Below, one piece after another: positions 30,201 through 39,102 of a stretch of 64,000 bases of DNA. Positions within the stretch are counted from its first letter, which is position 1. Every line of letters begins with the position of its first letter. The stretch covers positions 24,800 through 88,799 of the forward strand of contig CAISEZ010000142.1 in NCBI GenBank assembly GCA_903884535.1. Direction: 5' to 3'. This stretch comes from an uncultured Verrucomicrobia subdivision 3 bacterium. GTDB taxonomy: Bacteria > Verrucomicrobiota > Verrucomicrobiia > Limisphaerales > UBA11358. A model generated the notes under the pieces. That model made no database searches and was not told the origin of the DNA. It saw only the letters and a list, made by a program, of their open reading frames with translations. Position numbers and translations under genes: made by a program.

Positions 30201-30861
30201 GGCTTACGACATCGGCTACGGCGGGCTGGATCACGTGCTCGCCAGTGGCCGCAAGGTCAACGTGCTGGTGATGGACACGGAGGTTTATTCCAACACCGGC
30301 GGGCAGATGAGCAAAGCCACGCCGCGCGGGGCGATTGCCAAATTTGCAGCCGGCGGTAAACCGGCGGGCAAAAAAGATCTGGGCCTGATTGCGATGAGCT
30401 ATGGAAATATTTACGTCGCCAGCGTGGCGATGGGCGCAAAAGACGAACACACGCTCAAGGCGTTTGTCGAAGCGGAATCATTTCCCGGCCCGTCGCTGAT
30501 CATCGCCTACAGCCATTGCATCGCGCACGGCATCGCGCTGGACACGGGCATCGGCGCGCGCCAGCAAAAGCTCGCGGTCGAATCCGGCCAATGGCTGCTC
30601 TACCGCTACGACCCGCGGCGCGCAGAACGCGGGGAAAATCCGCTGCAAGTGGATTCCAGCACGGCGAAATTCAAAGTGAAGGATTTCATGCTGACGGAAA
30701 ACCGGTTCAAGATGCTGACGAAAAGCAAACCGGAGGACGCGAAGAAATTTTTTGCCCAGGCGCAGACCGACGCCGACCGGCGCTGGAAATTTTATCAATT
30801 CATGGCCGCGCGCGACACCAAGGCGGAATCCACACCGGCCGTTCCGGCAGCCCAACCGTAA
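27256..30861 (+). CDS. nifJ: Pyruvate:ferredoxin (flavodoxin) oxidoreductase, single-polypeptide type
   Basis: ORF 27082..30861. True start taken at ATG 27256 (MKYPRVFKTIDGCEAAAYVAYRLNEAMAIYPITPSSP). Two ferredoxin clusters CIQCLKCVAICP / CTGCALCVDVCP and TPP motif GGDGWAYDIGYGGLDHV. 4 nt after the ACS-GNAT stop. Confidence 0.95.
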   Translation: MKYPRVFKTIDGCEAAAYVAYRLNEAMAIYPITPSSPIAEWCDQWASEGKKNIWDTQPAIIEMQSEGGAVGAVHGMLQTGSISTTFTASQGLLLMIPNMFKFAGELLPTVFHVTARTVATHALSIFGDHSDIMACRSTGWGMLGAASVQETMDFALISQAASLRSRLPFIHFFDGFRTSHEVSKIEMLDEAVLRALIDDKIIAQIRARAMSPDQPVLRGTAQNPDAFFQGREAANSFYTACPDIVQKVMDEFAEQTGRKYQLFDYVGAPDAENVIVLMGSGCEAAEEAVEHLNRHGENVGVLKVRLYRPFDGKRFVEALPPFVRKIAVLDRTKEPGAMGEPLYQDCLTAILEEMSAGRSHLKFLPKIITGRYGLSSKEFTPAMVKAVLDNLASDASINHFTVGINDDVSHTSLPFDANFSTEADNVVRALFYGLGADGTVGANKNSIKIIGEETENYAQGYFVYDSKKSGSMTVSHLRFGPKPIHSTYLISSANFIACHLPGFLDRYEMLRSLVTGGTFLLNTPHTKDEIWAQLPSPVQATLLEKKAKFFVIDATKVARDSGMGGRINTIMQVCFFALSGVLPKDEAIDAIKNSIKKTYGKKGEEVVKMNLQAVDNTLAHLHEVAVLNSKLNGTGALLPPISPEAPTFVRDVLGKLASGFGDELPVSAFPLDGSFPTGTAQFEKRNLALDIPVWDEKVCIQCLKCVAICPHATIRAKVYDATELKNVPATFKVTDARVPEFKGLKFSLQVAAEDCTGCALCVDVCPARNKTESKLKAINMRPQAPLRAAEHDNWNYFLTLPEFDRRKIKTTTLRQQQILQPLFEFSGACAGCGETPYIKMLTQLFGDRAVIANATGCSSIYGGNLPTTPYTKNSQGRGPTWCNSLFEDNAEFGLGFRVSIDKQKEFAEELVKKLAAQIGDDLATQILFADQSDEAGIYDQRERVVALKLKLQKLDSPEAKLLVPLVDQLVKKSVWILGGDGWAYDIGYGGLDHVLASGRKVNVLVMDTEVYSNTGGQMSKATPRGAIAKFAAGGKPAGKKDLGLIAMSYGNIYVASVAMGAKDEHTLKAFVEAESFPGPSLIIAYSHCIAHGIALDTGIGARQQKLAVESGQWLLYRYDPRRAERGENPLQVDSSTAKFKVKDFMLTENRFKMLTKSKPEDAKKFFAQAQTDADRRWKFYQFMAARDTKAESTPAVPAAQP

Positions 30862-30879
30862 ATCTCAACCTGAAAAAAT

Positions 30880-31878
30880 ATGGATCTCACCACCAATTAT
30901 CTCGGTTTGAAACTGCGCTCTCCGCTGGTCGTCTCGGCTTCGCCGATGTCGGAGGACGTGGACAACATCAAGCGCATGGCCGACGCCGGCGCCGCGGCCG
31001 TGGTTTTGTATTCACTGTTTGAAGAGCAGTTACGCCAAGACCGGCTGGAGTTGCACCGCAGCCTCGAACACGGCACGAATAGTTTTGCCGAGGCGCTCAG
31101 CTATTTTCCCGAACCGGCGGAATTTCGGCTCGGCCCGGAGGAATATCTGAAACATATCGCGGCGGCGAAAAAAGCGACAAAAATCCCGATCATCGCCAGC
31201 CTCAACGGTTCGTCTGACGGCGGCTGGACTTCATTTGCGAAACAAATCCAGCAAGCCGGCGCGGACGCGCTCGAGCTGAATATTTATTATATCCCGACCA
31301 GCCTGGAACTGACCGGCACGGAAGTCGAAATGACCTATCTCGACATTTTGAAAGCCGTGAAAGCGAACGTCACCATTCCGGTGGCGGTGAAATTAAGCCC
31401 GTTTTTCAGCAACTTCGCCAACATGGCCAAACGCTTTGATGACGCCGGGGCTGATGGCTTAGTGCTGTTCAACCGGTTTTACCAGCCGGACATCGAATTG
31501 GAATCGCTGGAAGTGAAGCCGAATATTTTGTTGAGCACGCCGATGGCGATGCGGCTGCCGCTGCGGTGGATTGCGCTGCTGCACGGCCGCGTCAACGCCA
31601 GTCTCGCGGCGACCAGCGGCATTCATCGCGCATCGGATGCGCTGAAGATGCTCATGGCCGGGGCGGATGTAACGATGCTTTGCTCAACCTTGCTCCGGCA
31701 CGGCATCCCGCAGATTGCCGCGATCGAGCGCGACATGATTGACTGGATGGCGGAACGCGAATACGAATCCGTCAAACAGCTCAAGGGCAGCTTGAGCCAA
31801 AAGAACTGCCCGGAACCGGCGGCGTTTGAGCGGGCGCAATACATGAAGGCGCTGACAGGCTACACGTCGGACCGTTAA
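30880..31878 (+). CDS. Dihydroorotate dehydrogenase-like TIM-barrel flavoprotein
   Basis: 332 aa. MDLTTNYLGLKLRSPLVVSASPMSE.. and later ..GADGLVLFNRF.. resemble the class-1 DHOD-like family. Same operon as PFOR. Confidence 0.65.
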   Translation: MDLTTNYLGLKLRSPLVVSASPMSEDVDNIKRMADAGAAAVVLYSLFEEQLRQDRLELHRSLEHGTNSFAEALSYFPEPAEFRLGPEEYLKHIAAAKKATKIPIIASLNGSSDGGWTSFAKQIQQAGADALELNIYYIPTSLELTGTEVEMTYLDILKAVKANVTIPVAVKLSPFFSNFANMAKRFDDAGADGLVLFNRFYQPDIELESLEVKPNILLSTPMAMRLPLRWIALLHGRVNASLAATSGIHRASDALKMLMAGADVTMLCSTLLRHGIPQIAAIERDMIDWMAEREYESVKQLKGSLSQKNCPEPAAFERAQYMKALTGYTSDR

Positions 31879-31897
31879 TTTTTTGCGGCTTGAAATG

Positions 31898-31936
31898 ACA
31901 AAACCACCCCGGCGCAAGCCAGGGTGGTTTTTAAAT
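31898..31936. terminator. Bidirectional intrinsic terminator between convergent genes
   Basis: AAACCACCC-12 nt-GGGTGGTTT with TTTTTAAATT on the plus strand and TTTTGTCATTT on the minus strand. Lies between the DHOD-like stop (31878) and the radical SAM stop (31950). Confidence 0.75.
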
Positions 31937-31949
31937 TGGCCGCCGCCGC

Positions 31950-32840
31950 CTAAAAAACTTCCGCCTTCAACCCCGCAACCTGACGGACGGTTTGCGCGAT
32001 TTGCGACAATACCCGCAGCGGCAAATGCCCCCAGTCGCTCTGGCTGCCGGGCCGTGCGGCGGAATAGATCTGCACCAGGGAAATCTGCGCGCCGGCGGCC
32101 TTGAGTTCTTTCAGGCGCTGGGCGAATTCTTGAAGTTCCTCCAGCGGGGGTTCCTCGCCGTGAATCGCGGGAAACAAACTTTGGATGACCACCGGCCGTT
32201 GCCGGCCGACGAGCCGAATATTTTCCAGAATTTTTTCCAGCGGCACGCTCGGACGATTGACTTTTTCCAAAAACGGCTGGGTGCCGCCGTCGAGCTTGAT
32301 CCAGATTTCGTCGGACTTGGTCAGGTAGTCCAGTCCGCGCAACACCGACGGATGATCCAGGCCGGTGCCGTTGGTGATGAGGACAATTTTGAAAAAACCA
32401 CCAAGCGCCCGCAGGCGCACAACGGCCTGTAATGCCTCGATAAAATTAGCTGCCAGTGTCGGCTCGCCGTCGCCGCTCAACGCCACCTGCCGGAGCTGCA
32501 GCAATTCGGCGGGCAGCGTGCGGTAGGCGGGCTGTTCCACCAGCCGGCCACTGCGAATGAAGGCAATCGACTTCCGCAATTCCTGCGCCATCACATCCAC
32601 ATCCAACTTGGTTTCAGTCGCCGGCACCCGGCGATCCACCTCGCAATAGGCGCAGTCAAAATTGCAACGCTTGTCCGGGTTCATGTTCACGCCGAGCGAC
32701 AGCCCGCCGGCTCGCGACGAGATCACGGCATACACAAACCGGTTGCCCAGAAAGTCGCGCGGCCGGTCGAACGCCGTCTCGCGTGCCGGCACATGAAAGG
32801 AAACACCGGGTTTCTTTTTGGGCGGCGCGGTCGCGATCAT
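31950..32840 (-). CDS. Radical SAM protein (COG0731-like)
   Basis: ORF 31950..32999. Start preferred at ATG 32840 (MIATAPPKKK..). Cluster motif CNFDCAYCEV and SGDGEPTL. Confidence 0.7.
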   Translation of the reverse strand: MIATAPPKKKPGVSFHVPARETAFDRPRDFLGNRFVYAVISSRAGGLSLGVNMNPDKRCNFDCAYCEVDRRVPATETKLDVDVMAQELRKSIAFIRSGRLVEQPAYRTLPAELLQLRQVALSGDGEPTLAANFIEALQAVVRLRALGGFFKIVLITNGTGLDHPSVLRGLDYLTKSDEIWIKLDGGTQPFLEKVNRPSVPLEKILENIRLVGRQRPVVIQSLFPAIHGEEPPLEELQEFAQRLKELKAAGAQISLVQIYSAARPGSQSDWGHLPLRVLSQIAQTVRQVAGLKAEVF

Positions 32841-33076
32841 AGGTTGGTTGTTTTCCGGTTCCACAATTTTCAAGCTAAACCTAATCCAATCCGATTGCCG
32901 GCAGCCACACCCTGATTGTTTAATCATAAGCAATTTTTGCACTAATGCTGATGCGCGTCCCGGCACCGAAACGCCGCCCCGGCTGATTTGCTTTCGCATT
33001 TCTTGCCCAAGACCGCACGCATTTTGGGAAAGTGATCATCACCGCTTTGGTAAGCACGAAAAATATGTTAACCTAA

Positions 33077-33868
33077 GTGATGAATGAAAACTTATTTTCC
33101 CCGAAAGCCGGAGGTGCCGCTGCCGCGCCAAAACATGACCGGACCGCGTGGCTGAAAGGCGGTGATGCCACCTGCCTCATGCCCCCGCGCAAACCGCCCG
33201 GTCAGGTGTGGCGCATTATCATGCTCGGCGCGCCCGGCGTCGGCAAAGGCACGCAGGCCGACCTGTTGAGCGAGCGGCTGGGTTGCTGCCACCTTTCCAC
33301 CGGTGATGTGTTTCGCTCCGCCCGGTGCAGCGGCGCCGCCCGGCTTTCTCCCGCGATGCAGGACGCGGTCAACCACATGCACCGCGGCGAACTGGTGCCC
33401 GATACGACGGTGCTTGATCTGGTGCGCGAACGGCAGCGGTGCTTGCATTGCGCCGGCGGTTTTTTGCTCGACGGTTTTCCGCGCACGGTCGCGCAGGCTG
33501 AGGCTTTGGAAAAATTATTGGCCGAGGAAAAGGTCCAACTCGACGTCGTGCTGAATTATGAACTACCCCTGGCACAAGTCATCGCCCGCATTGCCGGCCG
33601 TCGCACCTGCTCGGAATGTAAAGCGGTTTATCATCTGGCCAAGCATGCGCCGCAAATCGCCGGCCGCTGCGATGCCTGCGGCGGAGAATTGTTCCAACGC
33701 GATGACGACCGGCCCGAATTCATCATGGTGCGGATGCAGGCCTACGAAGAAAGCAGCCGGCCGCTGATTGATTTTTACCAGCAACGCGGCCGCCTCGTCA
33801 CCATTTCCGCCGAAGGGGCACCCGAAGAAATTTACCAACGAACCCAAGCTCTCGCGCTGGCCCGCTGA
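33077..33868 (+). CDS. adk: Adenylate kinase (zinc-lid type); N-terminus uncertain
   Basis: P-loop IIMLGAPGVGKGTQ and Cys4 lid CSECKAVYH...CDACGGELFQRDDD. The ORF has a ~45-aa N-terminal extension, and an alternative ATG at 33179 would give a normal-length protein. Confidence 0.85.
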   Translation: MMNENLFSPKAGGAAAAPKHDRTAWLKGGDATCLMPPRKPPGQVWRIIMLGAPGVGKGTQADLLSERLGCCHLSTGDVFRSARCSGAARLSPAMQDAVNHMHRGELVPDTTVLDLVRERQRCLHCAGGFLLDGFPRTVAQAEALEKLLAEEKVQLDVVLNYELPLAQVIARIAGRRTCSECKAVYHLAKHAPQIAGRCDACGGELFQRDDDRPEFIMVRMQAYEESSRPLIDFYQQRGRLVTISAEGAPEEIYQRTQALALAR

Positions 33869-33874
33869 ACGGAT

Positions 33875-34927
33875 TCAACAGATGCGCGGCAACTGCTCGC
33901 CGCTCGGCATGTCGAGAATCCGGCTCGCGCCGAGGGGACTTTTGATCGTCACCAGCGGCGCGGATTTTCCCACAACCAGACCGATGAGCGCTGCCCCGGC
34001 AGCTACTTCGTGCCGTTCCATGATTTTCAAAGCGCGGTCAACATCCTGCGCCGGAATAAAAGCAACAAATCTTCCTTCATTCGCCACATGCAGCGGATCC
34101 AGCCCCAGCATTTCGCAGGCGGCATGAACATCCTCGCGGACCGGAATCGCCTTTTGCTCAACGGCAATTTTCACACCGGCCGCTTCGGCAATTTCATTCA
34201 GCGCGCTGGCCAGGCCGCCGCGCGTCAGATCGCGCAGGCAGTGGATTTCGATTCCCGCCTGGAGCAAATCCAAAACCACTTCGTGCACCGGCGCGGAATC
34301 GCTTTCGATCGCGCTTTCAAATTGCAAGCCTTCACGCACGGCCATGATCGCCATTCCGTGCCGGCCCAAGTCGCCGCTCACGATCACGGCATCGCCGGGC
34401 TGGACATGCTGCGGCAGAATTTTTTGTTCATGTTCGATGACACCAATGCCCGCCGTGTTAATGAACAGGCCGTCGCCCTTGCCTTTGTCCACGACCTTCG
34501 TGTCGCCGGTGACAATCTGCACGCCGCATTTTTCCGCCGCCACGCGCATCGAACAGACCACGCGCCACAAGGTTTCCATCGGCAAGCCTTCCTCGATGAT
34601 GAACGCGCTGGTCAGATACAATGGCCGCGCCCCGCTCATCGCCAGGTCATTCACGGTGCCGTGGATGGCCATCGAACCGATGTCGCCGCCCGGGAAAAAA
34701 ATCGGCCGCACGACATAGGAGTCCGTCGTCATGGCGAGTTTGCCGGCGGGAAAGTTGAACTGCGCCGAGTCGTGGCGTGTGTCCAGAATCGAATTGCTGA
34801 ACGCCTTGCCGAAAACATCTTCCAGCAGCCGGTGCATCAGCTTGCCGCCGCCGCCGTGCGCCATCAGGACGTGCGGATATTGCGAAATCGGAATCGGACA
34901 CGAAGCGCCAAAATTAATGGGTTTCAT
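33875..34927 (-). CDS. hypE: [NiFe]-hydrogenase maturation protein HypE
   Basis: ORF 33875..35056. Start at ATG 34927 ([13 protein letters not shown]..), ATGA-overlapping the hypD stop. AIR-synthase-like fold sequence with C-terminal PRIC motif. Confidence 0.9.
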   Translation of the reverse strand: MKPINFGASCPIPISQYPHVLMAHGGGGKLMHRLLEDVFGKAFSNSILDTRHDSAQFNFPAGKLAMTTDSYVVRPIFFPGGDIGSMAIHGTVNDLAMSGARPLYLTSAFIIEEGLPMETLWRVVCSMRVAAEKCGVQIVTGDTKVVDKGKGDGLFINTAGIGVIEHEQKILPQHVQPGDAVIVSGDLGRHGMAIMAVREGLQFESAIESDSAPVHEVVLDLLQAGIEIHCLRDLTRGGLASALNEIAEAAGVKIAVEQKAIPVREDVHAACEMLGLDPLHVANEGRFVAFIPAQDVDRALKIMERHEVAAGAALIGLVVGKSAPLVTIKSPLGASRILDMPSGEQLPRIC

Positions 34928-36036
34928 TTTGCACCCGCCAGTTCTTTCGCGTCGTGCCGGCGAAAGCGATAATAAGCCGCGCATGCACCTTCGCTCGAAA
35001 CCATCGTCGCGCCGAACGGATGTTCCGGCGTGCAGCGTGTGCCAAACGCCGGACATTCATGCGGCTTTTTTAGCCCCTGCAAAATCAATCCGGCGATGCA
35101 CTCGGCCGGCTCTTCGACGCGATGGTCGGCGAGCTTGAATTTCTTCGCGGCATCAAACACCGCGTAAGCCGCACTCAAGCCGAGACCGCTTTGTGGAATT
35201 TCGCCAATGCCGCGCCATTTGCGCGGAACGATTTTGAAAACTTTCTTGATCAAATCCTGCGCCGGTAGGTTGCCGGCACGGCTGACCGCCCGTGCGTATT
35301 GGTTTTCCACTTCGGCGCGGCCGGACTCCAGTTGCTGCACCGTCAGCAGAATGCCGTGCAAAATGTCCAGCGGCTCGAAGCCGGTGACGACAATCGGGAT
35401 GTGATATTTTTTCGCCAGCGGAAAATATTCCTCGTAGCCCATCACCGCGCAGACGTGCCCGGCGGCGAGAAATCCCTGCACGCGGCAGTTCGGCGACGAC
35501 ATCAGCGCCTCGATCGCCGGCGGCACGAGCACGTGCGAAATGAGCATCGAGAAATTTTTTAAACCCTTTTGCGCCGCTTGAAAAACCGCCATGGCCGTCG
35601 CGGGTGCGGTGGTTTCAAAACCGACGCCAAAGAAAACCACTTCGCGCGTTGGATTTTCCACGGCGAGCTTCACCGCATCAAGCGGCGAATAAACGATGCG
35701 CACGTCGCCGCCCAGCGCTTTCACCGCCAACAAATCCGTCGTGCTGCCCGGCACGCGCAGCATGTCGCCGAACGAGGTGAAAACCACTTCCGACCGCGCG
35801 GCGATTTTCAGCGCCTGGTCAATCACCTCGAGCGGCGTGACACACACCGGGCAGCCTGGCCCGTGGATGAGCGTGATTTGCTTGGGCAGCAGTTCATCAA
35901 TGCCGAATTTGATGATCGCGTGCGTCTGGCCGCCGCAGACTTCCATGATCGTCCAAGACTTCGTGGTGACACGGTGGATTTCGGCCGCCAGTTTTTGCGC
36001 CAGCTCGCCGTCACGGTATTCGTCGAGGAATTTCAT
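34924..36036 (-). CDS. hypD: [NiFe]-hydrogenase maturation protein HypD
   Basis: 370 aa. MKFLDEYRD.., [18 protein letters not shown] motifs. Confidence 0.95.
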   Translation of the reverse strand: MKFLDEYRDGELAQKLAAEIHRVTTKSWTIMEVCGGQTHAIIKFGIDELLPKQITLIHGPGCPVCVTPLEVIDQALKIAARSEVVFTSFGDMLRVPGSTTDLLAVKALGGDVRIVYSPLDAVKLAVENPTREVVFFGVGFETTAPATAMAVFQAAQKGLKNFSMLISHVLVPPAIEALMSSPNCRVQGFLAAGHVCAVMGYEEYFPLAKKYHIPIVVTGFEPLDILHGILLTVQQLESGRAEVENQYARAVSRAGNLPAQDLIKKVFKIVPRKWRGIGEIPQSGLGLSAAYAVFDAAKKFKLADHRVEEPAECIAGLILQGLKKPHECPAFGTRCTPEHPFGATMVSSEGACAAYYRFRRHDAKELAGAK

Positions 36037-36290
36037 TTCACGCCTTCCGGTTCCAAATCGCCGAGCTCGTCCATTTGCCGGAGATATTCAAAAACTTTTT
36101 GCGCCTCGGCCTCGTCCACTTTGCTCAACGCAAACCCGACATGCACGATGACGTAATCGCCGATCACCACCTCCGGCACATACGCAAGGCTGACTTCCTT
36201 GATGATGCCGCTGAAATTGATTTTGCCCATCCGCACCAGCGGATCGTCACCGCTGATACTCACGACTTTTCCGGGGATGGCGAGACACAT
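36033..36290 (-). CDS. hypC: [NiFe]-hydrogenase maturation chaperone HypC
   Basis: 85 aa starting [13 protein letters not shown] overlap with hypD. Confidence 0.95.
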   Translation of the reverse strand: MCLAIPGKVVSISGDDPLVRMGKINFSGIIKEVSLAYVPEVVIGDYVIVHVGFALSKVDEAEAQKVFEYLRQMDELGDLEPEGVK

Positions 36291-36295
36291 AATTT

Positions 36296-38605
36296 TTATT
36301 TCAAATGGAGTTGGTTGCGGGCCGCATAAATCTGGCCAAGCGCGATGCCGCCGTCATTTGGCGGCACCCGTTGATGCCAGAACGGCTGAAAATTTTCCGT
36401 GCGCAACCGCGTCACGGCGCGTTCGGTCAGACAGCGGTTCTGGAAACAGCCGCCGCTCAAAACGACGCGCGGCTGCCCGAATTTTTTGGCGACGGCGACC
36501 ACCGCCTCGGCCAAAGCGTTGTGAAATTTCGCGGAAATTTCCGCCACGGAAACGCCGCCGTTCACGTCCGCCAAAATTTCATGTATCATCAGCGACCAGT
36601 CCAAAGTGAGTGGCGAGTGATGAGTGATGAGTGGCAAGCCATAGCAATCATCTGTCGCAAAACCGGCTTGTGCGAATTCCAATTCCATGGCCGGCTGGCC
36701 TTCAAATCGCATCTGTTGTTGCAGGTTGATCAGCGACGCCACCGCGTCGAACAGCCGACCCATGCTGGAAGTGACCGGCGAATTAAACCGGCGCTGCAAC
36801 ATGCCGCGCAAGGTCACCATCTCGACCGGCGGCATTTCGCGCAGCGGCGGCAGGTGCGTCATTTCGAAAACTGCCTCGCCGTATAATTCATAAAGCAAAC
36901 CCAGCGCGGCCCGACGCGGTTCCTTCACCGCCTTGTCGCCGCCGGGCAGGCGGAACGGCCGCAAATGCACTATCCGTTCGACATTTTCTTTGGTGACTAA
37001 GAAAAATTCACCGCCCCAGATCGTGCCGTCAGGGCCATAACCAGTGCCATCCCAGGCTACGCCCAGCGCGGGCAGTTCCACTTCGTTTTCTGCAATGCAC
37101 GATAAGACGTGTGCAACGTGGTGCTGCACCCCGAAAATTTTCCGTCCGCTAGTTTGTGCAAACTGCGTGGACAAATAATCCGGATGCAAATCGGCGGCGA
37201 TTAGTTCCGGTTCCACGCCGTAAAGTTTGGGCAGTTCCTTGGTGACGCGCCGGAAGGCGGTGTGCGCCGGTTCGGTTTCCAGATCGCCCACATGCTGGCT
37301 GAGAAAAATATTGTCGCCGACCGCCAGTGCCACGGAATTTTTCAGATGCGCGCCGACGGCCAGGACATTTTGAATTTTGAATTTTGAATTTGGAATTTGA
37401 ATCGGCAGCGGCGCGTAGCCGCGGGCGCGGCGTAGCATCATTTCGCGGCCCAGTAGCACGCGGACGATGGAATCATCTTCGTGTCGCACCACCGGCCGGT
37501 CGTGCACGAGGAAAAAATCAGCAATTCCGCGCAAGCGTTCGAGCGCCTCGAATTCATCCGTGCAAATCGGCTCGTCGCTCAGATTGCCGCTCGTGGCGAC
37601 GACCGGAAATTTCAACACCGACATCAGCAAATGATGCAGCGGATTGGACGGGAGCAGCACGCCAAGATCGGGATTGCCGGGAGCGGCGGAATTTCCAATT
37701 CCCAATTTCCAATTCCCAATTTTCCGCAACAAGACAATCGGCGCTTCCGGTGACCCCAACAATGGTTCCTCCAGCGGTGAAACCTTGCAGACTTGTTTAA
37801 TTGCGGCTAACGACGGGAACATCACCGCGAACGGCTTTTCCTCGCGGTGCTTGCGGTCCCGCAAAAGCTGGATAGCCGTTTCATTGCGCGCATCCGCCAG
37901 CAAGTGAAAGCCGCCGATGCCTTTGACCGCCACAATTTTTCCACGGCGAATCGCCTGCGCAGCCGCCAACAATGCTTCGTCGCCACCCAAAATCGCGTCG
38001 CCGGCGGGATTCCAGATTTCCAGATGCGGGCCGCAAACCGGGCAGGCATTAGGCTGCGCGTGAAACCGGCGGTCGCTTGGATTCTCATACTCCGCTTGGC
38101 AAGACGGACACATCGCGAATTTTTTCATTGAAGTGTTCGCGCGGTCGTAAGGCACGGACTCGATGATGCTGAAACGCGGGCCGCAGCGCGTGCAATTGGT
38201 GAACGGATAGCGGAACCGGCGGTTTTTCGGATCAAAAATTTCCCGCAGACAATCGGGACAGGTGGCGAGGTCCGGCAGGACGAGCGTGGTTTTGTCACCG
38301 CCGGTTTCACTGCTGCGGATCTCAAACTTCTGGAAACCGACCGCGTCCAGCCAGGTCGTCTCCATGCTCTGGATGGAACTGCGCGGCGGCTTTTCGGTTT
38401 CCAGGCGGCGCAAAAATTGTTCCAACGCCGGACGCGGGCTTTCCACCTCAACGAAGACGCCCTGCGACGAATTATTGACCCAGCCGGTCAGCGCCAGTTC
38501 GGTGGCGAGCCGGTGGACGAACGGACGAAAACCCACGCCCTGCACCGCGCCGCGCAAGGCGATCTTCACGCGGACGCGTGGGTGAAGCGGGTGATTGATC
38601 TTCAT
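36296..38605 (-). CDS. hypF: Carbamoyltransferase HypF
   Basis: 769 aa. Acylphosphatase RGAVQGVGFRPFVHRLA, two zinc-finger pairs (CPDCLREIFDPKNRRFRYPFTNCTRCGPRFSI; CPSCQAEYENPSDRRFHAQPNACPVCGP), and YrdC and Kae1-like regions. Confidence 0.95.
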   Translation of the reverse strand: MKINHPLHPRVRVKIALRGAVQGVGFRPFVHRLATELALTGWVNNSSQGVFVEVESPRPALEQFLRRLETEKPPRSSIQSMETTWLDAVGFQKFEIRSSETGGDKTTLVLPDLATCPDCLREIFDPKNRRFRYPFTNCTRCGPRFSIIESVPYDRANTSMKKFAMCPSCQAEYENPSDRRFHAQPNACPVCGPHLEIWNPAGDAILGGDEALLAAAQAIRRGKIVAVKGIGGFHLLADARNETAIQLLRDRKHREEKPFAVMFPSLAAIKQVCKVSPLEEPLLGSPEAPIVLLRKIGNWKLGIGNSAAPGNPDLGVLLPSNPLHHLLMSVLKFPVVATSGNLSDEPICTDEFEALERLRGIADFFLVHDRPVVRHEDDSIVRVLLGREMMLRRARGYAPLPIQIPNSKFKIQNVLAVGAHLKNSVALAVGDNIFLSQHVGDLETEPAHTAFRRVTKELPKLYGVEPELIAADLHPDYLSTQFAQTSGRKIFGVQHHVAHVLSCIAENEVELPALGVAWDGTGYGPDGTIWGGEFFLVTKENVERIVHLRPFRLPGGDKAVKEPRRAALGLLYELYGEAVFEMTHLPPLREMPPVEMVTLRGMLQRRFNSPVTSSMGRLFDAVASLINLQQQMRFEGQPAMELEFAQAGFATDDCYGLPLITHHSPLTLDWSLMIHEILADVNGGVSVAEISAKFHNALAEAVVAVAKKFGQPRVVLSGGCFQNRCLTERAVTRLRTENFQPFWHQRVPPNDGGIALGQIYAARNQLHLK
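37367..37401. repeat. Heptanucleotide tandem tract inside hypF (tract 1)
   Basis: Plus strand (ATTTTGA)x3 ATTTGGA ATTTGAA. Read in frame on the minus strand as ..PIQIPNSKFKIQNVLA.. AT-rich island in a GC-rich gene. Confidence 0.85.
37690..37725. repeat. Heptanucleotide tandem tract inside hypF (tract 2)
   Basis: Plus strand AATTTCC AATTCCC AATTTCC AATTCCC AATTTTCC. Read in frame on the minus strand as ..LLRKIGNWKLGIGNSAAPG.. Confidence 0.85.
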
Positions 38606-38759
38606 AAAAACTAAATCAGGCGAACCGTGCCGATGCTACAGTTTCGTCCCGCTTTTCCGGCGCAACCTTCCCTTTCTTGGCAATCCAAACCCAAAAATTG
38701 TCAAATGGCCGGAAGGATTTGATTTTGTCGCCCCGGCGGTTCACGTTGGCAGCGCATTC

Positions 38760-39101
38760 ATGCACGAAGTTGCCATCATGACTGAAGCGCTGCGGATGGC
38801 CGTGGACGCCGCGAAATCCGCCGGGGCGAGCCGCGTGTCGAAATTGCGCCTGCGCATCGGCAGCTTGAGCGGCGTGGTGCCGGACTCGATGCGGTTTGCG
38901 TTTGACGTCGTGTGCCACGGCACGCTGGCAGACGGGGCGACGCTGGAAATCGAGGCGATTTCCGCCGCGTGCTGGTGCATGACGTGTCAGACGGAATTTG
39001 AATGCGTGGATTTTTTCAACGAATGTCCCCGATGTCACAACGTCAGCGGCGAGTTGCGGCACGGGCGGGAACTGGAAATCGCCGACGTGGAGATCTCATA
39101 A
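38760..39101 (+). CDS. hypA: Hydrogenase nickel-insertion protein HypA
   Basis: ORF 38595..39101. Start at ATG 38760 (MHEVAIMTEAL..), the typical MHE start. Zinc site CWCMTCQ...CPRCHN. Confidence 0.9.
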   Translation: MHEVAIMTEALRMAVDAAKSAGASRVSKLRLRIGSLSGVVPDSMRFAFDVVCHGTLADGATLEIEAISAACWCMTCQTEFECVDFFNECPRCHNVSGELRHGRELEIADVEIS

Positions 39102-39102
39102 T

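Noticed and set aside
34928-35056. Upstream extensions of hypE (to 35056), hypA (38595..38759), hypB (38998..39102), apbE (to 42671) and the radical SAM gene (to 32999)
   Set aside because: Each extension overlaps the neighbouring gene or lacks family similarity. Internal ATGs give canonical N-termini (MKPINF.., MHEVAIM.., MCQECGCG.., MSEINVF.., MIATAPP..), several with ATGA coupling to the upstream stop.
37367-37725. Possibility that the short AT-rich repeat tracts (also 14070..14160 and 54643..54677) are CRISPR arrays
   Set aside because: The repeat unit is only 7 nt, there are no spacers, the tracts are 35-40 nt long, and most lie inside ORFs. No cas genes are in the window.
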